Assembly (NCBI GenBank): GCA_017623115.1
Contig: JAGAPT010000050.1
Span: 4,107-68,106, forward strand
Direction of reading: 5' to 3'
Origin: Alistipes sp.
Lineage (GTDB): Bacteria; Bacteroidota; Bacteroidia; Bacteroidales; Rikenellaceae
Length of the DNA stretch: 64,000 bases
Part shown: positions 1-10,200 of the stretch, in pieces
Numbering within the stretch: the first letter of the stretch is position 1
Layout of the letters: each line of letters starts with the position of its first letter
Program-made: the position numbers and the translations under genes
Notes under the pieces: model-generated
What the model was told of the DNA's origin: nothing
The model's database searches: none
What the model saw: only the letters and a program-made list of their open reading frames with translations

Positions 1-2
1 GA

Positions 3-2867
3 TACATTTTGGAGGAGGACGGACATATCGAGTCGCAAATCAACCGCGAGTATATCGAACTCAACATGTCGAATCCGCCCGCCCTGCACAGGGTCAGCTC
101 GACACGTGAGGCGTTGGAACGGCTGGAACAGGATGCTTCGTATGACTTTATCCTGACGATGTATAATGTGGGCGAGTTGGATGTCTTTTCGTTTGGTCGC
201 ATCGTGCGCGAAAAGTATGGGATTCCGGTTGCCTTGATGACCTCCTTCTCGAAGGATATTTACCGCCGCATCGAGGAGCAAGATCGCTCGGGACTCGATT
301 ACATCTTCTGCTGGCATGGGAATACGGATCTGATTATTGCCATCATCAAGCTGGTGGAGGATAAGCTGAATGCCGAGGAGGATATCCTCCAAGGGGGAGT
401 GCAGGCCATCTTGTTGGTCGAGGACTCGATACGCTTCTATTCGACCTACCTGCCCGAACTCTACAAATTGTTGCTGTTGCAAAATACGGAGTTTTTGCGC
501 GATGCCTTCAACGAACAACAACAGGTGCTGCGCAAGCGAGCCCGTCCGAAGGTGTTGTTGGCAACGAGTTACGAGGAGGCGACCGAACTCTATGGTCGTT
601 ATAAGAAAAACCTGCTGGGAGTCATCTCCGATGTGGGCTTTGTGATGCATCGCAACGATCCGCCCGAGAGCGAACGGCTCGATGCCGGCATCGAGCTCTG
701 TCGCCAGATTAAGAGCGAAAATCCGTTGATGCCCGTGCTGTTGCAATCCTCGCAAACCGACTTCCGTCAGACGGCCTATGCGTTGGGTGCAGGCTTTATT
801 GCCAAGAACTCGAAGACGCTGCTTCATGAGTTGCGGGACTTCATCCAAAAGGAGTTTGCCTTTGGGGACTTTATCTTCAAAGACCCTGCTACGGGTGCCG
901 AGGTGGGGCGAGCCAAGGATTTGATGCAGATGCAGGAGATGATTGCGTCGATTCCCGATGCGGCATTTGAATACCACACCTCGCAGAACCACCTCTCGAA
1001 GTGGCTCTATTCGCGTGGCCTGTTCCCCTTGGCGGCTGCCATCCGCCAATATGATAAAAGCCATTTCAGTTCGACGGCCGAACATCGTCGTTCGATTGTC
1101 AATGCTATCCGCGACTATCGTACCCTGCTTGGTCAGGGCGTGGTAGCCCGTTTCGATACCGAAACCTACACCGATGCCGTTGCTTTTGCCCGTATCGGTG
1201 AGGGCTCGCTCGGAGGCAAGGCTCGAGGCTTGGCCTTTATGAATTCGATGCTCATCAAGCACCGACAGTATGACAAATACGAAGGAGTACGTATTCTGAT
1301 TCCCCGCTCGGTGGTGATTGCTACGGAGTATTTCGATGTCTTTATCCGTGAGAATGGTCTTTCGGATATGCTTGCGCAGGAGCTGACCGATGAGGAAATC
1401 TTGGCCGAGTTTGTCGCTTCGTCGGTGCCACAGCGACTGCAGGAGGCACTTAAGGCCTATATTCGCACGGTGCGCACTCCGCTGGCCATTCGCTCTTCGT
1501 CGAAACTCGAAGACTCCCATTTTCAGCCATTTGCGGGTATCTATTCGACCTACATGGTCCCCTATACGCCCAATGCCGACCAGATGCTGCGCCTTGTACT
1601 ACGTGCCATCAAGAGTGTCTATGCGTCGGTCTACTTTGCCGAGTCGAGAGCCTACATCCAGTCGTCGCAAAACCTTATCTCGGAGGAGAAGATGGCCGTC
1701 ATTTTGCAGGAGGTGTGTGGTACGGGACAGGAGAACCTCTACCTGCCGACCCTTTCGGGTGTCGCCCGTTCGATTAATTACTACCCGATTGGTGATGAGC
1801 GTGCCGAGGATGGCGTGTGCAATATCGCCATGGGACTCGGAAAATTGGTGGTCGATGGAGGTCGCACGCTACGCTTTTCGCCTGCGACGCCCCAACGGGT
1901 GCTGCAGACCTCGACTCCCGAGTTGGCGCTGCGTGAAACCCAAAACGAGGTGCTTGCCCTTGACCTGAATCCGGCCTCCTTCCGCTCGTCGATTGACGAT
2001 GCTGTGAACCTGCGCCGATTGAAAATTTCCGAGATTGGCTCGCTGCGTCATACCCGCTTTGTGACCTCGGTGTGGGATCGTGACAACGAGCGGATTTCGG
2101 ACAGCCCGTTCGATAGCGGTCGTCGGGTGATTACGTTTAATAACATTTTGAAATACAACACCTTCCCGCTGGCGGAGATTGTGGCGGATTTGTTGCGTAT
2201 CGGAGCCGAAGAGATGCGCTGTCCGGTCGAGGTCGAGTTTGCCGTCAATATGGATGTCCCGGCGGGGCAGGAGAAGATTTTCAACCTGTTGCAGATTCGC
2301 CCGATCATCGACAATCAGGATAATCGTTCGATCGATTGGGAGCAGGTGGCGATCGACGAGGCGCTGATTTATGGTGAGCAGGCACTCGGTATTGGCCGTA
2401 TGCATGATTTGCAAGAGGTGGTCTATGTCAAGACCGAACACTTCTCGTCGTTGGTAACCGAGCGTATTGCCGAGGAGCTGCTGACCTTGAATCGTCGGAT
2501 GCAGGAGGAGCAGCGCAACTATATCCTGGTAGGTCCCGGGCGTTGGGGTTCGTCGGACCCGTTCTTGGGTGTACCGGTGCGGTGGACGCACATTTCGGAG
2601 GCAAAGGTGATTGTCGAGTGTGGTATCAAGGAGTTCGACATCGAACCCTCGCAGGGTACGCACTTCTTCCAGAATGTCACGTCGCTGGGTGTGGGCTACC
2701 TCACCATTAACCCTTTCCGTGGCGAGGGGCTCTTCCGTCGGGAACTGCTCGATGCTCGTGAGGCGTGCTACGAGGGCGAGTACCTGCGGTGGGTTCACTT
2801 CGACGAACCATTGGAGGTGGCCGTCGATGGCCGTGCCAACCGAGGGGTGGTGCTGATAAAAAAGTGA
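3..2867 (+). CDS. Receiver-domain / PEP-pyruvate-binding (PPDK_N, PEP synthase-like) protein, 5'-truncated by the window edge
   Basis: Frame is open to the window start. Receiver motifs LLVED, ISDV, QSS, FIAK. ATP-grasp PPDK_N motifs GSLGGKARGL, AIRSSSKLED..PFAGIY, MAVILQE, LLQIRP. C-terminal GPGRWGSSDP and SQGTHFFQN. Confidence 0.85.
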   Translation, partial: YILEEDGHIESQINREYIELNMSNPPALHRVSSTREALERLEQDASYDFILTMYNVGELDVFSFGRIVREKYGIPVALMTSFSKDIYRRIEEQDRSGLDYIFCWHGNTDLIIAIIKLVEDKLNAEEDILQGGVQAILLVEDSIRFYSTYLPELYKLLLLQNTEFLRDAFNEQQQVLRKRARPKVLLATSYEEATELYGRYKKNLLGVISDVGFVMHRNDPPESERLDAGIELCRQIKSENPLMPVLLQSSQTDFRQTAYALGAGFIAKNSKTLLHELRDFIQKEFAFGDFIFKDPATGAEVGRAKDLMQMQEMIASIPDAAFEYHTSQNHLSKWLYSRGLFPLAAAIRQYDKSHFSSTAEHRRSIVNAIRDYRTLLGQGVVARFDTETYTDAVAFARIGEGSLGGKARGLAFMNSMLIKHRQYDKYEGVRILIPRSVVIATEYFDVFIRENGLSDMLAQELTDEEILAEFVASSVPQRLQEALKAYIRTVRTPLAIRSSSKLEDSHFQPFAGIYSTYMVPYTPNADQMLRLVLRAIKSVYASVYFAESRAYIQSSQNLISEEKMAVILQEVCGTGQENLYLPTLSGVARSINYYPIGDERAEDGVCNIAMGLGKLVVDGGRTLRFSPATPQRVLQTSTPELALRETQNEVLALDLNPASFRSSIDDAVNLRRLKISEIGSLRHTRFVTSVWDRDNERISDSPFDSGRRVITFNNILKYNTFPLAEIVADLLRIGAEEMRCPVEVEFAVNMDVPAGQEKIFNLLQIRPIIDNQDNRSIDWEQVAIDEALIYGEQALGIGRMHDLQEVVYVKTEHFSSLVTERIAEELLTLNRRMQEEQRNYILVGPGRWGSSDPFLGVPVRWTHISEAKVIVECGIKEFDIEPSQGTHFFQNVTSLGVGYLTINPFRGEGLFRRELLDAREACYEGEYLRWVHFDEPLEVAVDGRANRGVVLIKK

Positions 2868-2918
2868 CGGTTGGCTCATTTTTTCGGCTAAAAAGTATCA
2901 GTTTTTCGGAAAAAAGTT

Positions 2919-2926
2919 TATATTTG
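2919..2926 (+). promoter_or_regulatory. Bacteroidota sigma-A -7 element upstream of gdh
   Basis: TATATTTG matches TAnnTTTG, 37 nt before the ATG at 2963. Confidence 0.6.
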
Positions 2927-2962
2927 TAAATGAGAATAGCACAAACCTAAAAACTTCATACC

Positions 2963-4300
2963 ATGAATGTCGAAAAATTAATGCTGGAACTCGAGCGTCG
3001 CCATCCGGGCGAGAATGAGTATTTGCAGGCCGTGCGTGAGGTGCTGACCACGGTCGAAGAGGCCTATAATCGTTATCCCGAGTTTGAGGCCAACCGTATT
3101 GCCGAGCGTATCGTAGAGCCCGACCGCCAGTTCACCTTCAAGGTGGTATGGACCGACGACCGGGGTGATGTGCAGGTCAATACGGGCTATCGTGTACAAT
3201 TCAACAATGCCATCGGTCCCTACAAGGGTGGGTTGCGGTTTCATCCTTCGGTGAACCCTTCGATTCTGAAATTTCTCGGCTTCGAGCAGATCTTCAAGAA
3301 TGCGCTGACGACCCTTCCGATGGGCGGTGCAAAGGGTGGTTCGGATTTTAATCCCAAGGGGAAATCGGATCGCGAGGTGATGCGTTTCTGCCAAGCCTTC
3401 ATGACCGAGCTATGGCGTCATATCGGCCCCGAGACGGATGTTCCGGCCGGTGATATCGGTGTCGGTGCCCGTGAAATTGGCTATCTCTATGGCATGTATC
3501 GCAAACTGGCACAAGAGAATACGGGCGTCTTGACGGGCAAAGGCATGACCTATGGCGGGTCGCTGATTCGCCCCGAGGCAACGGGCTTTGGTGCTGTTTA
3601 CTTCCTGGTGCAGATGTTGGCTGAGCAGGGGATGGAGATTCGCGGACAGCGCATCGCGATCTCGGGCTTTGGTAATGTCGCCTGGGGTGCGGCGAAGAAG
3701 GCGACCGAGCTGGGTGCCAAGGTGGTCACCATCTCGGGCCCGGATGGCTATATCTATGATGAGGCGGGGCTTGATGAGGAGAAGATTGCCTACATGCTTG
3801 AACTGCGTGCCTCGAACAACGATGTGGTAGCCCCCTATGCCGAGCAGTTCCCGGGCTCGACATTCATCGCCGGCCGTAAACCGTGGGAGGTGGCGGTCGA
3901 TATCGCCATGCCGTGTGCTACGCAGAACGAGTTGAGTGGTGAAGATGCCCGACAACTCTTGGCCAATGGCGTGAAGGTGGTGGCCGAGGTATCCAATATG
4001 GGATGTCGTCCCGAGGCGATTGAGGCCTTCATCGAGGCGAAGATTCCCTATGGTCCGGGTAAGGCGGTCAATGCCGGAGGTGTTGCTACGTCGGGTCTGG
4101 AGATGACGCAAAATTCGCAGAAATTGAATTGGACGGCCGAGGAGGTAGATGCCAAGTTGCACCAAATCATGTCGTCGATCCATACGGCCTGCATCGAATA
4201 TGGTACGGAGGCTGATGGCTACATCAACTACATGAAGGGGGCGAACATCGCCGGCTTTATGAAGGTGGCCAAGTCGATGGTCGAGCAGGGGATTCTCTAA
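2963..4300 (+). CDS. gdhA: Glutamate dehydrogenase (GdhA family; resembles the Bacteroides NAD-type GdhB)
   Basis: GPYKGGLRFH, LPMGGAKGG, DVPAGDIGVG, RPEATGFG, GFGNV, GKAVNAGGV. SGPDG in the cofactor loop. Confidence 0.95.
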   Translation: MNVEKLMLELERRHPGENEYLQAVREVLTTVEEAYNRYPEFEANRIAERIVEPDRQFTFKVVWTDDRGDVQVNTGYRVQFNNAIGPYKGGLRFHPSVNPSILKFLGFEQIFKNALTTLPMGGAKGGSDFNPKGKSDREVMRFCQAFMTELWRHIGPETDVPAGDIGVGAREIGYLYGMYRKLAQENTGVLTGKGMTYGGSLIRPEATGFGAVYFLVQMLAEQGMEIRGQRIAISGFGNVAWGAAKKATELGAKVVTISGPDGYIYDEAGLDEEKIAYMLELRASNNDVVAPYAEQFPGSTFIAGRKPWEVAVDIAMPCATQNELSGEDARQLLANGVKVVAEVSNMGCRPEAIEAFIEAKIPYGPGKAVNAGGVATSGLEMTQNSQKLNWTAEEVDAKLHQIMSSIHTACIEYGTEADGYINYMKGANIAGFMKVAKSMVEQGIL

Positions 4301-4324
4301 GTAGTAGCATCGTTCTAAAAACCA

Positions 4325-4357
4325 AAAGAGGACTGTCCTTGTGGGACAGTCCTCTTT
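4325..4357. terminator. Bidirectional intrinsic terminator between gdh and the P-type ATPase
   Basis: Perfect 14-bp stem AAAGAGGACTGTCC / GGACAGTCCTCTTT with a 5-nt loop, between convergent genes. Confidence 0.85.
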
Positions 4358-4364
4358 GTTGTAT

Positions 4365-6932
4365 CTACTCCTTGCGTCGATGCGTCAGTGTCAGGATGAT
4401 GTCGCCGCCAATGGCCAAGAGCGAGGTGAAGCCGATGATGCGCAGCCAGTCGCTCCATGCAAGAGGTGTGCAGCGGAAAATCTCACCTCCGAACTCGACA
4501 ATGAGCAGCTGCCCGAGGAAAATCAGTGCTAAAATGGCGAAAAATTCCCGACATCCGTGCAGCTGGGTAAAAGCCGAGTGGCGAGCCTCGAAACGCTTGG
4601 CGTTGAACATGTTCCAGAATTGCAGGAAGATGAAGGTCGAGAAGAAGAGTGTCAACTGATAGAGCGTCGGCTCGCCCCATGCGAAGAGCATGCCGAGCAG
4701 CACGACAATCATTGCTGTGCCACACCCCAAAATCATGCGCCCCATCGAGCGGGTCACGATAAACTCGTTGTGTGGGCGAGGGCGGTCGCGCATCACCTCA
4801 CGCGAGGGGGGCAACGAGGCCATGGCCATCGCTGCAAAGGTATCCATGATGATGTTGACCCAGAGAATCTGTACCACCGTGAGCGGCATCTCCGAGCCGG
4901 CAATGGCACTCACCAGGCAGATGACGATGGCCACGAAGTTGATGGTGAGTTGGAAGAGGACGAAACGCTGAATATTGCGGTAGAGCGAACGCCCCCACAT
5001 CACAGCCGTGGCAATCGAGGCAAACGAATCGTCGAGCAACGTGATATCCGAGGCCTCCTTGGCCACCGAGGTTCCCGAGCCCATCGAGAGACCGACATTG
5101 GCAAAGTTGAGGGCCGGAGCATCGTTCGTGCCGTCGCCCGTGACGGCTACCACCTCCCCTTTGCGCTGCAGAAGTTGCACGAGGCGTTGCTTATCCAGGG
5201 GGCGGGCACGCGACAGAATCTTCAGTTCGTCGATGCGTTCGAGTAGCTCCTCGTCGCTTGCTGCGGCAAACTCGGGCCCCGTCATGCGACAGCCATCGTG
5301 GTCGACACCCTCCTCCCAGAGCCCAATCTGGCGAGCTATCTCGGTGGCGGTAGCGGCGGTATCGCCCGTGACAATCTTGATGCGGATGCCGGCATCGAGA
5401 CACGCGTGTACGGCCGGTGGAACATCCTCACGCACGGGGTCGGCAATCGCCACAATGGCCGCCAACTGCAACGTCGAGTGGGCAATGGCCTCGGCCACCT
5501 CCTGCTCCTCGGTCGGAGCATAGGCGATGGCAAGCGTGCGCATGCCACGCTGTTGGAATCCGAGCAGGCGTTGTTGTACCTCCTGCAGATGGGCGGAGGT
5601 TTTGCACATCGCCAATACGATTTCGGGGGCTCCCTTCACGCAGAGCAGTTGTTGCGCATCACGACCGCTGCGAATGACCGTAGCCATATATTTCGTGTGG
5701 GTCGAGAAGGTCTGGCGCGAAAGAATGGTCGCTGTATCGCGCAGGCGGGCATAATCGAATCCCTGTTGTTGCATCCACTGCAACAGGGCACCTTCGGTCG
5801 AACTGCCCAAGACCCGACCCTCGCCATCGAGGAAGGCCGTTGAGTTCAGCGCAATCGATTCGGCCAAAGCCTCGTCGGTGAGGGCACCGTAGCGGATCAT
5901 CTCGGCGACATGCATCCGATTTTGGGTCAGTGTGCCGGTTTTGTCGGTACAGATGACCGTTACGGCTCCCATCGTTTCGCAGGCGTGCATCTTGCGTACG
6001 AGGTTGTTCGTGCGCAGCATGCGTCGCATTGACATGGCCAGCGACAAGGTAATCGACATTGGAAGACCCTCGGGTACTGCCATCACGATGATGGCCACCG
6101 ACAGCATAAAGAGATCGAGAATCTGCTCAACGATGGTCAGCCACCCCTGCGCGAGCAATGCCTCGGCAAAGAGGGCTTTCAGCAACAGGATGATGAAGAT
6201 GGCGGCAGCCAATCCGATACCAATCTTGCCGATGAGTTGCGAGAGGCGTTCGAGTTGGCGGTTGAGCGGCGTCTGCTCCCCGCTTTCGACCGTTGCCTGC
6301 TCGGTGACACGTCCTGCCTCACTCCGATCGCCTACGGCCGTGATGACCATACGCCCGTAGCCGTCAGTGACGGTCGTACCGCGCAGGGCATGGTTTGTGG
6401 GGTAGGTGGCTTCGGGGTCAAATTGCGTGGGATCGGCACTCTTCTCCGTCTCGGGCTCACCGGTCAGGGTCGACTCGTTGATGCGCAACGATACCGCCTC
6501 GACCAACACGCCATCGGCCGGTATGGTCTCCCCACTCTCAATGCAGACCAGGTCGCCCACGACCACCTCGCGACGAGGTATCTCACACATCTGCCCATCA
6601 CGCATCACCTTGACCGGCAGGTCGTCGTTGACGCTGTTCAGCCGACGGAAGCGACGTTGCGCATCCCACTCAAACCAGAACCCGACGAACGTCGCCAGGA
6701 TGATGGCTGAAATGATGCCGATGGACTCGGTCAAATCGTGTTCGATGATGCCGATGATGAGCGACAGGGCTGCCGCAAACAGCAGGATGCGGATAATTGG
6801 ATCACGGAACTTATCAAGCAAGAGCTCCCAGGCCGAGTTGTCTTTGGCGGGCGTGAGGACGTTGGCACCGTGTCGGGCACGGCTCTCCTCTACCTCCTGA
6901 ACGGAAAGACCATTGGGATGATAGGGTATCAT
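4365..6932 (-). CDS. Calcium-translocating P-type ATPase (P2B/PMCA-like)
   Basis: DKTGTLT phosphorylation motif, VPEGLP (M4), KGAPE, TGD, GDGTND, FQLTIN (M5), LWVNIIMDT (M6). Confidence 0.92.
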   Translation of the reverse strand: MIPYHPNGLSVQEVEESRARHGANVLTPAKDNSAWELLLDKFRDPIIRILLFAAALSLIIGIIEHDLTESIGIISAIILATFVGFWFEWDAQRRFRRLNSVNDDLPVKVMRDGQMCEIPRREVVVGDLVCIESGETIPADGVLVEAVSLRINESTLTGEPETEKSADPTQFDPEATYPTNHALRGTTVTDGYGRMVITAVGDRSEAGRVTEQATVESGEQTPLNRQLERLSQLIGKIGIGLAAAIFIILLLKALFAEALLAQGWLTIVEQILDLFMLSVAIIVMAVPEGLPMSITLSLAMSMRRMLRTNNLVRKMHACETMGAVTVICTDKTGTLTQNRMHVAEMIRYGALTDEALAESIALNSTAFLDGEGRVLGSSTEGALLQWMQQQGFDYARLRDTATILSRQTFSTHTKYMATVIRSGRDAQQLLCVKGAPEIVLAMCKTSAHLQEVQQRLLGFQQRGMRTLAIAYAPTEEQEVAEAIAHSTLQLAAIVAIADPVREDVPPAVHACLDAGIRIKIVTGDTAATATEIARQIGLWEEGVDHDGCRMTGPEFAAASDEELLERIDELKILSRARPLDKQRLVQLLQRKGEVVAVTGDGTNDAPALNFANVGLSMGSGTSVAKEASDITLLDDSFASIATAVMWGRSLYRNIQRFVLFQLTINFVAIVICLVSAIAGSEMPLTVVQILWVNIIMDTFAAMAMASLPPSREVMRDRPRPHNEFIVTRSMGRMILGCGTAMIVVLLGMLFAWGEPTLYQLTLFFSTFIFLQFWNMFNAKRFEARHSAFTQLHGCREFFAILALIFLGQLLIVEFGGEIFRCTPLAWSDWLRIIGFTSLLAIGGDIILTLTHRRKE

Positions 6933-6938
6933 GCGGTG

Positions 6939-8381
6939 TTAAAGTTTTTGGAAGGAGAATTGACGGGTTGCGGCATCCAGTCGGATGGCGATAAAGAGTA
7001 GTATGGTAAAGGCAATGAGCGATGAACCTCCATAACTCATGAAGGGGAGCGGAATACCCATCACGGGCATCAGGCCGACCGTCATGCCGATATTTACCAA
7101 GACGTGGAATAGCAAAATCGAAGCAACGCAGTAGCAGTAGATGCGCCCAAAGGGCTCTTCCTGGCGTTCGCCCATGCGCATCAGTCGCAGAATGAGCAGG
7201 CACAACAACCCCAACATGATCGAGGTACCGATAAAGCCCCACTCCTCGCCCACGGTGCAAAAGATGAAGTCGGTATGCCGTTCAGGTACAAAGCCGTTTT
7301 TAATTTGGGTGCCTTGCAGGAATCCCTTCCCGAAGAGACCGCCCGAGCCGATGGCAATCTTCGCCTGGTTGACGTTGAAGTCGGCTCCTCGCGGGTCGTT
7401 GATGACACCCAGGAAACTCAAGATGCGTTCGCGTTGGTGAGCCTTCAAGACCGAGTTGAAGAGGTAGTTGGTCGTCGGCAGGAAGACCACCGAGCCAACG
7501 AAGAGGGCCAGCGTAAGGAAGGTCGAAGCAAGGTTGGCGCGGAAGGCGTAGACGGCAACGCCGATGGAGGCTGCGATGCTCACGATAAGCAATGCCTCAT
7601 AGCCATCCAACCGTCCCGGGGAAACGAGGGCTCCGAGACTGAAGAGCAGAAGAGCCGAGAGGAAGAGTGCAGCCAAGAAGATAAGGCGTGAGCGAATCTG
7701 CCCGCTGACCATCATCTCCGAGCCCGTGCATATCAGAATGAGCAGGATGAGCAGTGCCATCGGGGAGAGCAGGAACGAGGCGATGAAGAGTGCCGCTACG
7801 AGCAACACGGGGATACAAAGCCATTTATTCAGCCCCTCGCGGTAGAAGACAAAGAGGAACGAGCCGAGCACAATACCCGAGCCGGTATCGTTCTGCAAGA
7901 TGATGATGAAGAGTGGGAGACAGATGATAAAGCCAATCTTAATCAAATCGCCCGTGCGCGAAATCGAGAACGAATATTCACTCATGACACGCGCTACGGC
8001 TAATGCCGTGGCGATTTTTGCAAATTCGACCGGCTGAACACGGAACGACCCAAACTCGAACCACGCCTTGGCACCGTTGACCTCCTTACCAAAAGCCAAT
8101 GCCCCCAGGAGGAGCAACAAACCACCGATGTAAGCCGGATAGGCCCACATATGGTAGTAGCGTTCATCGAGCAGCAAGACCACGATAGCCACTAACCAGG
8201 CTGCGCCCATCCACACCAACTGTTTCATGTAGAAGTGGGAGAACGAGAAGAGGTTGGCTGCCGACTCGTCGTAGGAGGCTGCCGTGATAGAGAACCATCC
8301 GGCAATGACGATGAGCAGATAGAGCAGCACCGCCCAGCGGTCAACTCCATCGAACAGCGAGTTGTGTCGATTAGCGGTCAT
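6939..8381 (-). CDS. rodA: Rod shape-determining protein RodA (SEDS)
   Basis: Polytopic. GAKAWF, QPVEFAK, QNDTG, IAIGSGG, PERHTDFIF..GEEWG, PFMSYGGSS. Confidence 0.95.
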   Translation of the reverse strand: MTANRHNSLFDGVDRWAVLLYLLIVIAGWFSITAASYDESAANLFSFSHFYMKQLVWMGAAWLVAIVVLLLDERYYHMWAYPAYIGGLLLLLGALAFGKEVNGAKAWFEFGSFRVQPVEFAKIATALAVARVMSEYSFSISRTGDLIKIGFIICLPLFIIILQNDTGSGIVLGSFLFVFYREGLNKWLCIPVLLVAALFIASFLLSPMALLILLILICTGSEMMVSGQIRSRLIFLAALFLSALLLFSLGALVSPGRLDGYEALLIVSIAASIGVAVYAFRANLASTFLTLALFVGSVVFLPTTNYLFNSVLKAHQRERILSFLGVINDPRGADFNVNQAKIAIGSGGLFGKGFLQGTQIKNGFVPERHTDFIFCTVGEEWGFIGTSIMLGLLCLLILRLMRMGERQEEPFGRIYCYCVASILLFHVLVNIGMTVGLMPVMGIPLPFMSYGGSSLIAFTILLFIAIRLDAATRQFSFQKL

Positions 8382-10200
8382 AGGCAGGGTAATAGATTTT
8401 CATATCCTTGATACGTTTTACCAATTCGGGGCGGCGTATCGTGTCGGTCAGGTACAACTCTTCGAGTAGCGAGGCGATCGGCAGAGCCACCGTGGCTCCA
8501 AAACCACCATTCTCGACATAGACCGAGATGGCAATCTTCGGGTTGTCCTTGGGGGCAAACGAGAGGAAGGTCGAGTGGTCTTTACCACGCGGATTCTGTG
8601 CCGTTCCGGTCTTGCCGCAGACGTCGTATCCCTCCAGGCGGGCAGCCGTTGAGGTACCTCCGACATTCACACCCTGCCACATGCCCTCGACAATCGGCTC
8701 GAAGTGTTTTGCGTCGACCTTCGTGTAGTGTCGCTCGTAGAAGCGTCGGTCGAGCGAATCACGCCCATCGACGCTTCGCACGATGTGAGGGATGTAGTAG
8801 TAGCCACGATTGGCCACGATGGCGGCCAGATTAGCCATCTGCAACGGGGTACATCCCAACTCTCCTTGTCCGATGGAGAGCGAGAGCACGGTCAGCGATT
8901 TCCAATATCCGTTGTGGATGCGGTCGTAGTAGGCACGGTCGGGCACATAGCCGTTGCCCTCATCGAGGAAGTCCGAGCCCAATTTGCGCCCAAAACCGAA
9001 ACTCTCGACATACTCCTTCCACACATCATAGCCATTCTTCACACCGCCATATTTTCGGTTCTCGAGAATGTCGCGAAAGACGTAGCAGAAGTAGGCATTA
9101 CACGAGGTAGCGATGGCAAAACGCAGGTCGGCCGGTGATTCGTGTGCGTGGCATCCGACGTGCAGACGTCCCACCGTATAGCCCATACGACACGGATAGC
9201 GATCCGACGGATGCAGTACCCCTTCCTGCAGACCGATGAGTGCCTGCACCAATTTGAACGTCGAGCCCGGAGGATATTTACCCTTCACGGCACGATTGAA
9301 CATCGGGTTACGCTTGTTGCGCAACATCTTCATATAGTTGTTTCCGCGCTCACGGCCGACCAACTCCTCAGGGTCGAACGTGGGGGACGAGACCATCATC
9401 AGAATCTCGCCCGTCGAGGGTTCGATGGCGACCGCAGCACCTACCTTGCCCGCCATCAGCTCCTCACCCAACAGCTGCAGGCGGGCATCAATCGTGCTCT
9501 CCAAATTACTGCCCGGCACGGGGAGTGTGTCGAACAAACCATCCATGTAGGAGCCTTTGATGGCACCATGGGTATCACGTTCACGCACCTTGACCCCTTT
9601 TGTGCCACGCAACAGCGGCTCATAGGCCGACTCTACGCCGCCGATGCCGACATAGTCGCCCGGTTTGTAGTAGGGATTTTTCTTTAGAAAAGCCTCCGAC
9701 ACAGAGCCCAGACTGCCCAGCAGGTTGCCACCGACATGGAGCGGATAGTGGCGCACAGTGCGGTAGACGGTGTGAAAACCGCGATAGTTGGCTGCATCCA
9801 GACGCAGTTTGTCCTCCTTGTTCACATAGTTAGTCACCAAAACAGGCATGCGGGGGCTCATGCGGGCATCGGCCAGTTTCTGTCGCAACTGCTTTTTGGA
9901 GATGTTGACAATGTTACACAACTTGGCCGTATCGAACCCTCGCTTATCCATCTCGCGATAGACCACCATCAGGTCATAGCACTCACGGCTCTGCGCCAGA
10001 TACTCCCCACGACGATCAAAGACCTCGCCTCGTGGCGGATATTGCACCTCGCGGCGCATGACATTCGTGCGTGCCAACTCCTTGTATTGTCGATCGAAGA
10101 GTTGGATGTAGGCGATGCGTAGCCCCAGTACCAGAAAGATAAAGAGCACGATGAATTGCAACGTGCGCATGCGGGCAAACCCCTCTTGGCGGTCGATCAT
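8371..10200 (-). CDS. mrdA: Penicillin-binding protein 2
   Basis: N-terminal TM, PPRGEVFDR, catalytic GSTFK, SCN and KTG motifs; lies between mreD and rodA. Confidence 0.95.
   Translation of the reverse strand: MIDRQEGFARMRTLQFIVLFIFLVLGLRIAYIQLFDRQYKELARTNVMRREVQYPPRGEVFDRRGEYLAQSRECYDLMVVYREMDKRGFDTAKLCNIVNISKKQLRQKLADARMSPRMPVLVTNYVNKEDKLRLDAANYRGFHTVYRTVRHYPLHVGGNLLGSLGSVSEAFLKKNPYYKPGDYVGIGGVESAYEPLLRGTKGVKVRERDTHGAIKGSYMDGLFDTLPVPGSNLESTIDARLQLLGEELMAGKVGAAVAIEPSTGEILMMVSSPTFDPEELVGRERGNNYMKMLRNKRNPMFNRAVKGKYPPGSTFKLVQALIGLQEGVLHPSDRYPCRMGYTVGRLHVGCHAHESPADLRFAIATSCNAYFCYVFRDILENRKYGGVKNGYDVWKEYVESFGFGRKLGSDFLDEGNGYVPDRAYYDRIHNGYWKSLTVLSLSIGQGELGCTPLQMANLAAIVANRGYYYIPHIVRSVDGRDSLDRRFYERHYTKVDAKHFEPIVEGMWQGVNVGGTSTAARLEGYDVCGKTGTAQNPRGKDHSTFLSFAPKDNPKIAISVYVENGGFGATVALPIASLLEELYLTDTIRRPELVKRIKDMKIYYPAYDR

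Noticed and set aside
6436-6480. TGEP instead of TGES in the P-type ATPase actuator domain
   Set aside because: TGEP is a known tolerated variant in P-type ATPases, and all other catalytic motifs are intact.
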